Part shown: positions 9,001 through 17,342 of the stretch, piece by piece
Layout: the number at the start of each line of letters is the position of its first letter
How positions within the stretch are numbered: the first letter of the stretch is position 1
From: Epithemia pelagica
Taxonomy: Eukaryota; Protista; Bacillariophyta
Assembly: GCA_946965045.2 (NCBI GenBank)
Contig: OX337233.1
Span: forward strand, 2,666,001-2,730,000
Direction of reading: 5' to 3'
DNA: 64,000 nt
Notes under the pieces: model-generated
The model's database searches: none
Seen by the model: only the letters and a program-made list of their open reading frames with translations
Told to the model about the DNA's origin: nothing
Program-made: the position numbers and the translations under genes

Positions 9001-11415
9001 TCGCGTTCGGGGATTGAGTCAACCAAGGTGGTTGCCTTGTCAAGAATTGGATCTGTTGTCCGGTTGAATCCATCCAAGCTTTCGATTCTCGAATATAGTC
9101 ATCGAAATGCCATTCAGCAAACCAGGGTCATTGGTGCCGTGACGAACGACGGACCAACTCGTGTCCTGCACTTAGTTATGATGAGGAAAGAAGAGAGCTT
9201 ATTTCCGAACCCTTTCACTGATGACGGTTCTCTGTCTGGTTCGGTTGGGCAATTGACAAACAATACGGATTCTAAAGAGCAAGCGATCATTGCAGGAGCG
9301 GAAGCGTCAATGGAAGCACTTTTTTATGACGCAGCGGCGTTTCCAACCCAAGAAGAGGCGTTGAGGTCGGCTATGAATGCGTTTGCCACCAGCACAGTCA
9401 AGCAGGGGGAAAGTTCTGGCCTTGATTATTCAACTTCCAGTGCAAAGAAGGAGGATAACAGGGGAGTTGTCATCTCATTTCGTATGTCGTTCAATGGTTT
9501 CATCTTCAGTCTCGTCGATTCTTCCCCTGGGGAAATTGCAGTCATAACATTGAAGAATCTAAATGCGCTGGCATCCTGGAACACCCAAAGAACACTGGAC
9601 TCTACTGTTTATGTGACGGTATCGCATTTTCAGGTCGACAACATGATTCCAAATTCTCCGTACCCAGTGGCGATAAGTCCAGAGGAATTCTATAGAGACG
9701 AGGTAGAGGATTCAGGCGAAAGCAGTGCTCCGGGAGCTCCGCCTCTGCTTGTAGTGGGGCTGTCATTTGGTCCTCGTCACAAGTCTGGTATCGCGATCCT
9801 CAAATCTGTCACTATTGCGCCCAGAAATCTAGCGATACGCGTGGATTTGGCTTTTCTTGTGAGATTACAGAAGTACGTGCTGGACCTTCAGAAACACTTC
9901 TCGAACAACACGAAAAAAGACGAATTAGTGATCTCATTGCCTGATCTAAAGATGGTGGAAGATGGTATCATTGCCGCTGCTCTGGCCGGTGTAAACAGCC
10001 AAAGATTGTACTTCGGAGGACTAACAATATTACCTTGCACCATCAAGCTCTCCGTGGCTCCAGCTAAAGCTCTTTCAGTGCAGCAGGCTGCCCTTGAAGG
10101 AGAAGAGAGTGCTGCCATTCATAGAGCTGTTCGGAAGGGTGATGTCCGACTTGGTGATAGTGCAGCTCTTCTTGGAGTAAAAATTGGAAATCGGAATGCG
10201 ACGCCTCTCGCCGTTATGCGAGGGGTGGTAAAAAGTATAGTGGTTGACGCATTGCTTCGTCTTGACGGTGCATCGCTTGCTTTTGCCGGGGTGTCACTTC
10301 AGAACCACATCGCTACGGGTCAGCAACTCGGATCAATCCTGACTGCTCATTACTTGGCGTCGCTCAGACAAAATGTTCCAGCATTGGTGGGTTCGATGTC
10401 GGCCCTGGGCAATCCTGCCGGGCTAGTGAGGGGTCTTGGAGACGGTGTTAGCGACTTTGTTCTTGAGCCAGTGAAAGGCTTTCAAAGAAGCGTCCAAGAA
10501 ATGGATGCGTCCTATTTGGTTGACGGAGTTGCCCGCGGCACATTGTCGCTTGCTCGTCATACGGTCGGCGGGTTTGCGGATTCCGCGGCTGCTCTCGCAG
10601 AAACGTTTTCAAAGAATATGGCCGTGTTAACGCTCGACCGCCGATATGCACAGAAGCGAGATCGAGGCGAAAATTTGCGAGAGTTGAACGATCTCAACGT
10701 GGCCCTTGGCCTGGGATCCGGATTCCAGAAACTGGCTCGCGGATTTGTGGAAGGTGTTACGGGTGTTGTGAAAGCTCCAATGCGTGGGGCAGAGAAAAGA
10801 GGTTTCGAAGGGTTTGCCAAGGGAGTTGGCAAGGGATTACTTGGACTTTTGGTGAAGCCAATCATTGGAATATCGGATGGTTTTACAGACGTTATGATTG
10901 GGGTCAAGGGCGCCATGGATGGTGCCGTCAACATTCCGGTATTAACCCAGATTCGTCCTCGGCGTGCGCTATATGGACGAGAGCGTGCCATTCGTACCTA
11001 CAATATGGCAGATGCCGTGGCATCGGCGTTGATGATGCGCACCCGTCTCGCCGGAGAACTGTACATGAGCCACGTGGACATGGGAGACCGAGTTGCCCTT
11101 TTTAGTGTGAAACGCATCCTCATGCTGGGTCCAAGCGGACAAGAGTTGTTAGTGCTCAAGTACAAGCACATTGAAAGTCTCGAGTTGCGTCAAATCACAT
11201 TGGCGGATGGTGAACCGGGATGGGGCATTATCATTATATTGAATACACCACGTCGCAATGGAAGCGAGGTGGAAGTAATCAATTGCAAGGAAAAGCACCT
11301 TGCATCAGAAGTCTGTTCTCAGTTGGAAATCGGAATGAGGATGATGTCCAACGATTTGGAAATACAAGCAGAGTCTGGTGATTGGACATCGACGGCATCC
11401 GCAACCTCGTCGTGA
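34..11415 (+). CDS. VPS13: VPS13-family lipid transfer protein, 5'-partial (upstream exons lie outside the window); probable in-frame 81-nt intron at 7858-7938
   Basis: 3793-aa ORF. It carries a canonical FFAT motif EFFDAEE (619-639), a VAB/SHR-BD-like repeat (SRFIVRNDS...VPFHW), the VPS13 C-terminal signature (NPAGLVRGLGDGVSDFVLEP...GFAKGVGKGLLGLLVKPIIG...IRPRR) and a PH-like tail. The ORF opens on TTG just after AG acceptor-like sites. Confidence 0.93.
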   Translation: MGGLAGKSPIANSNRSYRPSTRKIEFNFNAPLLRFKCENDVDGRDCNSSNTNSTQLLDLSFRGIEGSWTSSLLPSGAVHIASEAKLRGVDCVDLYQGAGEEFSLLISSIPPESIFNSENRSSDRYMNSTDLVSVNFESSIGNTNLQSGKTTSRLKIASHELFVEWNAETIAAVQKAFKVPNELILSKDDTDSQSEEFFDAEEDDFHDAGSVLTVSSDDEFPLEDIPSLQYPLERYQMMVLENGGLLKRDSSPPNPAALLSSFSSSPTTASPGIPPSNPKSFEIAFDLSKLRVNFNKESRHRRVVSAEMDRTSVHYSSREEGGYMASVTLGNFVLSDADSVDNKTLYREIVGLKTDVPLDRGKQASLLQMKIVKNPRLRRFVSEQVEREDSGTADEESVTIDTSNAIVQGCDIYFKAEFSPMRFVYLQQLWFEVIDYFFEGIIGYEVWGNKRPGPVPESQLKFAPTNANDFAFTRFDISLDSPVILVPVSYCCTDFLRIETDIIKVGNRYDYSPLRTESSQDQSKSMLKQQWFNNCTVKIGNVTLSSWSGRRLNSSDDEVNARIEMNWPAGPTAFLNKPKWKVKCSFDKTEVSLLREDYALVQHIVASNFGEGSRHLDEWDALQNLPPLVLERYKEDIMVHFGYDKKDVTPTTFCVALTLPYLSVSLLQVDRSETALIRCFDLSWDYWKHSDLISRQSICCEVNLSRREDDGYVWLLSGQAPAEKDEKAEALRPSLAYKSIFRPSGDIERSLDIGQALIHVGYPSWALVSEFFRALPPPSFISPENVIQVGDRWYKIAGSSAVPREPKRFRSLTWITAKKSRSDAPSRQQNSGTIRSTVLRFGLTFPQVSFIAGHKTLVLAMDTADYYYSQHSGNIETSFKTTKIKLTCSGSKSFVDPDEPVCLEIIGISGSVQDYKAGTKHSCHTHTTIVDVGAIKSALTHSVIMEVYEVLLQLKRDVRSLKKNGRGTQKESTGDDRDKSFHAPEVLLRVSCESMDVELYDDADNSLSREQKFLLLSLGPMGLFRKQTISLLSPPSPNGAFEESAELSIQNIRFIDCIQPVDSPFRPMLVATPMHDAKPQRSFPSRTLGDHSRSLTYAIHVARLVDLERCRYLIDIHQVDLQYNPSIAFKLHKMAIRLTQGFVAANQAFPPGKERSLTHEKAIFGVDEKEVEVSAKLRHFSVRLNVEDDRRCLVHTLVQNTRIDCHQSKSFLEVKALVDDIKIIDSVSISGAVGNDNSILMVASDVSGPLLEIKLFSFPQASGRPNHTIPEWASSLAHDNEVDDILDMALSNVDFVFLAKRTYELCSYLGHSLPLNKTMSTKTSRTTASDKKTRRRCFNFKTQKVTCYIPSDRVAENGLMISGDFLVRSRISPDTAMELEGSLTNLLCKMYCSNIFGNDTHENRIVEGIEVLFHLEKRPDGRLHAKCGVSDVQARLCYTDYVHLMQVAQGNIAQRDVVHDCKTESRDPEQSDEDSTDTSNKEDDSSSTQFELTLALADVALVLRRDDKNSGSDVDYDMILFRGENFDFIFTSSNEGQTAVFSVKRIFAFDLGEQGRVLRSDHSFSNQELGPMPIAVMVEGYSSPEQNSSSLEDDEDTQIMARLDRPKGNSTETRISLVISRLSVTALFRPLEELAAFIGQSWTVNENQGMNIGVATVRTPEHSPRRKSFTKSSDTSHAPVSLRIVLHYPRFMFVADEGDPHSRALILRGLALVNANMAESTEDATYDDGKCSLTSVNGDFQNISSYILPDVAEVLFARDSYRMHIEDVLIETSPYMFLEDRDNDGNTDEPISLLLPVTMGVEFEQRSKDSVVYQRSIALNMDPVSLMISAEDLQLIRLLAKKWSSSTHSGRSHGQYTYDVVFDSQRLGIGLRKVGAVIVVDAIHDQPVGIGDALVAVNGQNLIVTEDSPLADVVERLKNSPRPLRLTFSRGKEGDEKEKSEFEETETKSDHVYRESMDISLAKASLTLIGNEVPILRGIVSTTQMNVVRKVGSSHDRQVAFSSVVSFDYYNLRIWGWEPFMEAGSIKLAADMHDPLEGSKTLTLETSDCVPTPISFNITDACASAISKLMKWDTSPENHSLDDTVFVEEARKAANAALRFAKQQKNSGSKPFLLQNQSGISCAFVVQKKSSPHVGGHTTSFVTVGDYSGLQNYDSSEISEIPAGGDCKFRLDRVAGTRQGDGHGRVPSLTVAFQSVFGVTLEPLVDLQIVRAGVTLLPLACECDGRSEKFQRTVWVSWTVEPRDEMTVLKLSSTFRISSLLHTHLEIGVGPDEAGSATRSLGTLPVNHDFFLPLWLCLKMSFELSIRPVGGNAFSPLFSVSEDCARPHTETAHTKYVECPQPGAGSTWLAASKDGDTTSTSITIDCVLTLLNMLPIPVEWEVSKSQLIETTIDGSSVRQAALKSGESAEILSANDMNIFVRIREGQEWSHWLSLEPSEPKTGGIIVVRLTDIFGVPLDIGARIARKDVGFRVTLFAELWFLNTTALNVSFGVSAESMHIEETTNSDEVKDDISTAEAALKEFSSLFEAGDNGRGIRNQEDQNGRTVNMMLLPSNRGTAIVEECFEYVKVENSSVVRRWWASSDPLSTLPDLTLIQEDGEGWSWIDPSWVRKVRVGFVVSQEFLSQLVIFCHFKPQILDTSGGTCEGWETAPHIFSFSRKRDFHEAHPYRRRRWHRTRRSPKAFVNAFFHRPFPPDPEPETKEKKERKRKSLQLGIQVNGGDWSLMSQIPVAGVLYGVIRAPSSRWRSSSSRPDGTYELCYNVSPLDGEWGDFSRLMTISSRFIVRNDSKNLAFEVKQAGTDDSTAIEIPIGGTVPFHWVNHMRPELICVRPCVGKGDIPYYRWSGGFDPLTIGVIPLRIRKSHSENDEERKGSYEMRVRSLKVESKIRPDTGRTGINISLEEEDERADGCLFRIDNRSLFPIWVAQDGILANPLSPDSYDDAAAGDCLLPNQTISFALDVPYRQGKYKHRKAATLEELLRLRISLAPLHSRSGIESTKVVALSRIGSVVRLNPSKLSILEYSHRNAIQQTRVIGAVTNDGPTRVLHLVMMRKEESLFPNPFTDDGSLSGSVGQLTNNTDSKEQAIIAGAEASMEALFYDAAAFPTQEEALRSAMNAFATSTVKQGESSGLDYSTSSAKKEDNRGVVISFRMSFNGFIFSLVDSSPGEIAVITLKNLNALASWNTQRTLDSTVYVTVSHFQVDNMIPNSPYPVAISPEEFYRDEVEDSGESSAPGAPPLLVVGLSFGPRHKSGIAILKSVTIAPRNLAIRVDLAFLVRLQKYVLDLQKHFSNNTKKDELVISLPDLKMVEDGIIAAALAGVNSQRLYFGGLTILPCTIKLSVAPAKALSVQQAALEGEESAAIHRAVRKGDVRLGDSAALLGVKIGNRNATPLAVMRGVVKSIVVDALLRLDGASLAFAGVSLQNHIATGQQLGSILTAHYLASLRQNVPALVGSMSALGNPAGLVRGLGDGVSDFVLEPVKGFQRSVQEMDASYLVDGVARGTLSLARHTVGGFADSAAALAETFSKNMAVLTLDRRYAQKRDRGENLRELNDLNVALGLGSGFQKLARGFVEGVTGVVKAPMRGAEKRGFEGFAKGVGKGLLGLLVKPIIGISDGFTDVMIGVKGAMDGAVNIPVLTQIRPRRALYGRERAIRTYNMADAVASALMMRTRLAGELYMSHVDMGDRVALFSVKRILMLGPSGQELLVLKYKHIESLELRQITLADGEPGWGIIIILNTPRRNGSEVEVINCKEKHLASEVCSQLEIGMRMMSNDLEIQAESGDWTSTASATSS

Positions 11416-11758
11416 TGTGGCCCATTCGCAGACTTATTCACGCGCAGTTGGCTTCCTTCCAGACGAAAACAGACTGCAAGACAAGACTGTTGCTAGATTA
11501 TTTGTATGTATATTAGAACCATATTCATAGAGCGTATTTTGGTATATAGCTTTCAAACAAACAATCTGGCAAAATGGGAGATGCCGGAAAGTGCAGGAGG
11601 AGTCGCCCGTTTGTTTGTGACTATACAGTCATTGCGGCGATTGTTTTCTTCCATGCAGGAGAGAAGCTCGACCATAAGAGGATTGCCCTCGAATGAATCC
11701 TCCTTTGCCATCGGGTTTGTCCTGCTCACCCACACACACACGGCATGAGAGAGACGTT
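11266..11758. repeat. Direct repeat copy A (~490 bp): VPS13 3' end, intergenic DNA and a copy of the FKBP last exon
   Basis: Aligns by eye to 13968-14427. Long identical blocks such as GAGGTGGAAGTAATCAATTGCAAGGAAAAGCACCTTGCATC and CCCTCGAATGAATCCTCCTTTGCCATCGGGTTTGTCCTG are separated by substitutions and indels. Confidence 0.95.
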
Positions 11759-12216
11759 CTTGCTAGGTAGAACACTTCTAGACTGACCTTTACGATTCTC
11801 CTTTTCCCAAACTTATGATCCTAAAACTACGGACTCGGGCCGAAAAACTCCGCCGTGCTTTTCATACGTGTACTCTACTGTCTATAGTTATCTTGTAGGA
11901 AACCACGGTCATGCACACTGCATGGCACCAACATGGCAAACTCAAGCCGGTGTGCACCTCCAACTATATGTGCTAGAGCACTCCTCCGACCACCACGGAG
12001 TCAGTGTACTGTGACGGAATGAACGGGCGGCGATGGGTTGGCCATTTTGGTGGACCGTGTTGAAACCTGTCACTTCCGTACAGTCTTTTTAGGAACTTGG
12101 TTTTTGCCACGGCGCGAATGAGTGACTAGTGGGCCAATAGTGATTGCTGCTCTCTGGTTTTCGTTTCTTTGACCACCAACCGCACACCACACCAAGCAAA
12201 AAGAGACAAAAGGAAG

Positions 12217-13824
12217 ATGACCAAATCAACCAACGAAGATCGCCTCTTTCGCGCCAAGGAGGGTCTCAAAATCGTTGAGAAAAAATTGGAACAACTCAAG
12301 GCAAGCACTTCTCAAAGCGATACGCTGAATGGGGAAAAGTATGAGTTGAAGGACCAAATTATTGAGTATCAGAGGCAATGGATTGCGTTGGAAGGAGAGC
12401 TACGAGAGGGTCGCTACTTTGCTAAAGCGTCCGAAATATTTCCTAACACCGCCTTTGAGCCGAAGGGCATGGAGGATATTCAGGGCATGGCGAACAAGTT
12501 CATGCGTAGCTCTACTCACGCTGACACTGTACGCCGGCTATACAATGATCAATTAACATTGCTTGTGAAAGCCGCAAACGAATCCCCAGAACTGGACATT
12601 AGATCTCGCACTACAAGGGATAGCAGCTTTTCTTCCAGAAACACGGATCAGACACACAATGCAAATGCCTGCATCATCGAAACACTTGATGGCCACAAGG
12701 GGCACCAAGGATGTGATTCCGCCCAATTTGGAGCATGGTGGGCTCTTGTTTACCATTGGATGATTGGGGGGAACGAGGTAGATATTGACAAGCTGTTGCG
12801 GGCAATCAACGCCGAGGACGAGACTTTGAGCCGAGACGTGAACAACGGGCTCTACAATGCTCTGATCGCCATGGCTATGGGCGAAGTGACAGGGACGAGA
12901 GGCATGAGAAGTCACGAACGAAACATCTTACATGTTCCAGACCCCCACGACAAGTTTTAAGATAGTGGTTGCAACTGGGTCATCTTTCCGATCCAAACAA
13001 GAGAACAGATGCTGGAGTGGGACGGCGAGGCCTATGATCTTGCCATTTTCGTTGGCGAGGGACGAGTAAGTGATGAAGAAAACGGCAAGAAGAGTGCCAA
13101 CCACCAAAATGTGTGGAATGAGAAAAAGTCTCGGCATGATGAACAAGGAGCTGAGGAACAAGGAGCTGAGGAGGTATTGACTCGTAAACTCGCATCCTCA
13201 CCGGAGATCCAAGTTTGTAGTGTTCAAGACCTCACAACAGTAGCAAAAAGCTTGGGAGAGATGGGTCTCGCGCTAGCCGACCTGCATACGCGAGTTACGG
13301 GGGGTCCTAGAATCCTCGATCTAGGGGAGACCATCAGAACCAAAATTGTTGCTGGGAAACAGGGCAGAGCCACCAATAATCACGATGATATTGTCAACGG
13401 CATCAATGACCTATGTGTTCGTATTGAGAATAATGGGATTACCGTTCCTGGTCCACCACTGGAAAACCGTTTTGGTGAGGAGGGCAAGCATGTATTAAAA
13501 GTTTCTATTCGTGAAACGATTCCTCCTGATCCGATTGTGGTCGCTGCGAAAGGCGCCAACAATTTCTTTCGACAAAGGGGCATGAGACTGTTGACGGGGT
13601 GCAAGCCTGCTGTCAGCGATGATTCCGATTACAATTCCGAATCTGACTCATCCTTCGCAACAAGCAATGATTTGGATAATGCAGATGCAGTGCCATTGAT
13701 GCGTTCAACGCCTGTGACGCCGTACAAGAATTTTGTTGGGGCGGTTGTTGTCGTGACTCCTGACCTACTCAAGAACGGAGGCGACAATGAATCCGACAGT
13801 TTATCCTGTTCGACATGGAATTGA
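12217..13824 (+). pseudogene. HNH_2-like endonuclease ORF interrupted by one in-frame TAA (12958-12960)
   Basis: ORFs 12169-12960 and 13009-13824 are in the same frame, with only this stop between them. Read-through gives CIIE...CDSAQ...NILHVPDPHDKF*DSGCNWVIFP, which resembles the HNH_2 N-x-L-x-L...H..FD.g.w.i.P pattern, and later PDPIVVAAK. Confidence 0.6.
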
Positions 13825-13881
13825 GAACTCGCAACACGAGTCCCAATTCGATTGATCTGGTGTTAGGCCTACTGTCTAGGA

Positions 13882-13970
13882 ATCATGGTTGTGATCAATC
13901 AATAACATCGAGAGTGGTCTGAAGAGAATGAAGTCGCCCAAAAGACGTTGGAAACGCAGCAGTTGATGAG
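13882..13970 (-). repeat. Degenerate copy of the 5' end/start region of the LRR gene (source ~23943-24043)
   Basis: ATCATGGTTGTGATCAATCAATAACA...GAGAGTGG...GAATGAAG...AAAAGAC.TTGGAAA...GCAGCAGTTGATGAG matches 23943-24043 with substitutions and a short deletion. Confidence 0.9.
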
Positions 13971-14427
13971 GTGGAAGTAATCAATTGCAAGGAAAAGCAC
14001 CTTGCATCGGAAGTCTGTTCTCAGTTGGAAATCGGAATGAGGATAATGTCCAACGATTTGGAAATACAAGCAGAGTCCGCAACCTCGTGATGTGATCCAT
14101 TCACCGTCTTATTCATGCGCAGTTGGCTTCCTTCCAGACGAAAAACAGACTGCAAGACAAGACTGTTGCTAGATTATTTGTATGTATATTAGAACCATAT
14201 TCATAGAGCGCAGTTTGGTATAGCTTTCAAACACACAATCTGGCAAAATGGGAGAGGGCAGGAGGAGTTTGCCCTGTTGTGACTATACAGTGATTGCGGC
14301 AAGTGTTTTCTTTGGAAAACTCCATGCCGGAGAAGCTCAACCATTCGGATTACCCTCGAATGAATCCTCCTTTGCCATCGGGTTTGTCCTGCTCTCTCAC
14401 ACACAAACACGGCATGAGAGAGACGTT
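13968..14427. repeat. Direct repeat copy B: orphan VPS13 C-terminal coding fragment plus the functional FKBP last exon
   Basis: Matches 11266-11758. It encodes EVEVINCKEKHLASEVCSQLEIGMRIMSNDLEIQAESATS*, with 24-nt and 3-nt in-frame deletions relative to copy A. Confidence 0.95.
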
Positions 14428-15602
14428 GGTTTTGTTTTCGAGACATTTTGGCAATGGGACGACGACACTTACCACACGAATGACCTTGACATTGAACAAC
14501 AAGGTTCGATCGATTCTTGGGTTTTCCAAGACCTATATGGTTCCACACACAATAGACACGAGTTGTGAGGTCTCTTGCAGGACCTGCGGCGCTCCACCAG
14601 AGCTCAAAAACCACGTTGGGTGTCACGACAATGGGATGAACTCTACACTTACAAAATTGAGTGCCCGAATGCCACTAAAGGTGGCTGGTTTGGGACCGAC
14701 TCGTTCATGGGCGGAATCATCACTGGGATAGGAGAGGGGTCCATAGGGCACGACAATTTGACGAACTCCTCCTTGTTGCATTCCCAACAAGCCCTGCTCC
14801 AATCCCGGAACCAGTTTGCCCGACCCGACCACGGTGCGCTCATAGTCCAAATCCTTGTCAAAGGCCCCGCCCTGCGGACCTCCCTTGGCTTGAAAGGGTC
14901 GACCGAAATATCCAATCGTGTACCTGCAACGTGTCACACAAAACAAACCAAATATGAGTGAGCGAAACGACTGGATCCCATCTATAGATATCCCATATTT
15001 TCTCGTGATTGGCGTTCCAGGTCTTATTCCTGTTCAGCCGTCGTGTCTCTCTTTTTCCGTTGCTGGTTCTTACCCACTCCAATCAAACACCTAAGAGGGC
15101 GAGTCACAAAAAAGCGGGTGTGAGTCAAACGTCTGGATCCAATGGTGTGGGTGATGGACTCCCCCGAAAGTATATATATTCAGGGCGCGCGTCTCTCATC
15201 CAGCGTCTCTTTTTGTGGTTCGTTTCAAAAGAGTCTCTTACCACTCGATCTCCCACTTGTGCGGCCGTGGTTCCCGATTTTCCTGGTGTCACATCGCGAT
15301 ACGACCATGTTCCATCGTCCATTTGTACAAAGTCGGAATAGGTTTGGACAAACTTGGGGCCAAACATGTTTTCCCCTTCCGCAGCTGGTTCTTCGGCCTG
15401 TGCGGGAATGGACCCAACCAAGGATGCGGCCGTCGTACTACCAACGACCACCGCAAGATTCTGCAAGAGTCTTCTTCTATTAGTAGGAATGTCGTCCTCC
15501 GGATGGTTTGCTTCGCCACGAAGGAGAAGAAGGTTTGTGGTTGTGGAACGACCTCTAGCATCCGTCATGGGCAACGCCAATCGGTAGGTGGCAGGGTTCG
15601 CC

Positions 15603-15637
<35 letters not shown>

Positions 15638-15715
15638 TGGAACAAAGGCTTGCGCCGACCAGAGCAAGACCATGCAAAACCAGGTTGCTGTCTTCATCCT
15701 TGTCATCATCATCAT
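14350..15715 (-). CDS. Thylakoid-lumen FKBP-type peptidyl-prolyl isomerase (FKBP19-like), 5 exons: 15715-15242, 15090-15074, 14923-14653, 14532-14473, 14388-14350
   Basis: The spliced product reads GDRVVFDWSGYTIGYFGRPFQAKGG...GMQQGGVRQIVVP...GPKPATFSGIRALNFVLENPRIDRTLLFNVKVIRVDKPDGKGGFIRG*. All four introns are GT-AG and keep the frame. The N-terminus has a signal peptide+SAQAF, a Tat RRR motif and an AQA cleavage site. The start Met could be 15715 or 15697. Confidence 0.88.
15604..15636. repeat. (GTT)11 microsatellite encoding polyGln in the FKBP transit peptide
   Basis: Perfect trinucleotide run. Confidence 0.95.
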
Positions 15716-16089
15716 CCTTGTTGTTTTGTCGTTTTTGGACAAGAAAATGTCTGTCCAAACGACGACGTTGACCATTTGAAAAGTGATGACAGCTGACAGC
15801 TGACAATGTGATGGAAAAGATTTGAATCACGGATTGTCACGCAGATAAAACTACCCATCGATCGTTTCAGAATTTTCCTTTTTATAATTAGCGAAAACAT
15901 AGACTCCACAAACGATGGTATTTAACAACCCGGACAAGAATGCTAAATGCTATGAAATTCAGAGGTACGTCATCTTCTGTCAATCCGGGACCCTGATGAC
16001 TCATCCGAGACATCACCCATCAAAGATTCATCCATTTCTTCCAAACACACCCTTTTATATCATATATATTTCATTGCATTGTGTTCACC

Positions 16090-17112
16090 ATGAAACGTTC
16101 GATCGCGGTGATTGCCTTCCTTCAATCGGTGGTTGTTACAACCGGATGGGTGGTGACGCCGTCCGTTCCTGCCTCATCCCTTCCAACTCGTCGTCTATTG
16201 AGTCACAACCACAACCATGTACAATCACCGGATCCAGATACCAGGATCCAGGAGGCAGCAAGCGACGATGACGAGGGCCATGGCAATCATCTTGGGGCCG
16301 CTGTAGGACGTCGAACCTGGTTGTCGCACCAAGCGCTGGTAGTAACAGCAGCCGCCACTGCCACGGCAACCGTGATGGTCCCTCCTCCGCCAGCCCATGC
16401 CTTGATCAAGGGCAATGCCCCACCCTCCACCAAAAAGCCCGTTTCGGATCGACCCAAATGCCGGAATATTGAAGAATGTCAAGCCTTTGCCGAACAAGCC
16501 GAAGCCGAACGAGCAGCCGAAGCGGCAGCCAACCAAGTCGATGCTCAAGTCACGGCCAGCGGAGTCCGATATCGCGATGAACTAGATGGGACTGATGGTG
16601 GCGTAAAAGCCAAGGCGGGCGATACTGTCGAATTGTGTTTCAAAGTCTTGAAATTGGGCAAACGCAGTTACGATGGTTTGTCGGGAGAAGGCACGGTGGT
16701 CTTTTCCCGAGGATTTGGGTTGGAAAATGACGAAGATCAACCGGGTGACAAAACCTTTATCACAACGCTGGGGGCCTTGAGCAATGTCGTGGCCTTGAAC
16801 GATGCTGTACCAGGCATGAAAGAGGGTGGCCTGCGTCGCTTTGCCGTCTTGCCCCAACAAGGATGGCGCAAACCGGGGCAACAATGCGATGGCGGTCCTG
16901 GTGGATCGGGAACGGGCGGTGACTTGAGAACCGACTATGTCGTGGTCCCCACCGCCACCATGGTGGCCGAAGAAGCCTGTTTTGATACCTTTAAGCAACC
17001 CTTTCCCACAACCTTTGCCCAACAACGGCGCATGGCCCAACGGTTTGACCAATCGCTCATTATGGAAGTGCAATTGGTCAAAATACTGCCGCCCAGTGAA
17101 GGCGGATTGTAA
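16090..17112 (+). CDS. Thylakoid-lumen FKBP-type peptidyl-prolyl isomerase
   Basis: Signal peptide, Tat motif GRRTWL...AHA, then an FKBP fold (SGVRYRDELDG...AKAGDTV...GMKEGGLRR...SLIMEVQLVKI). Confidence 0.85.
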   Translation: MKRSIAVIAFLQSVVVTTGWVVTPSVPASSLPTRRLLSHNHNHVQSPDPDTRIQEAASDDDEGHGNHLGAAVGRRTWLSHQALVVTAAATATATVMVPPPPAHALIKGNAPPSTKKPVSDRPKCRNIEECQAFAEQAEAERAAEAAANQVDAQVTASGVRYRDELDGTDGGVKAKAGDTVELCFKVLKLGKRSYDGLSGEGTVVFSRGFGLENDEDQPGDKTFITTLGALSNVVALNDAVPGMKEGGLRRFAVLPQQGWRKPGQQCDGGPGGSGTGGDLRTDYVVVPTATMVAEEACFDTFKQPFPTTFAQQRRMAQRFDQSLIMEVQLVKILPPSEGGL

Positions 17113-17342
17113 CAACACACTCGACATTCGTTTCCGCACGGGTGACGTGACAACAACACCCGAGACTCGACAGAGAGTGTGTGTGTGTGCCGCCAATTGC
17201 AACAAGGGGAATACTAGATCTACCGATATGCTGTTGCGTGCTCTGGAGCACGCAACAACAATCACTCTCCACCCTCATGTTCTGTGCCACTACCAATAGT
17301 ATTCCTACAGCTCCTGCCCCTTCTCCTCCTAGAATGAATGAA

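Noticed and set aside
137-10991. Many short ORFs nested in or antisense to VPS13 (e.g. 7188-7625, 10557-10991)
   Set aside because: They are shadow frames of a long coding sequence and have no recognisable motifs.
11759-13881. Classical DNA transposon or LTR element as the insert
   Set aside because: No terminal inverted repeats, TG...CA LTRs, transposase or RT motifs were visible.
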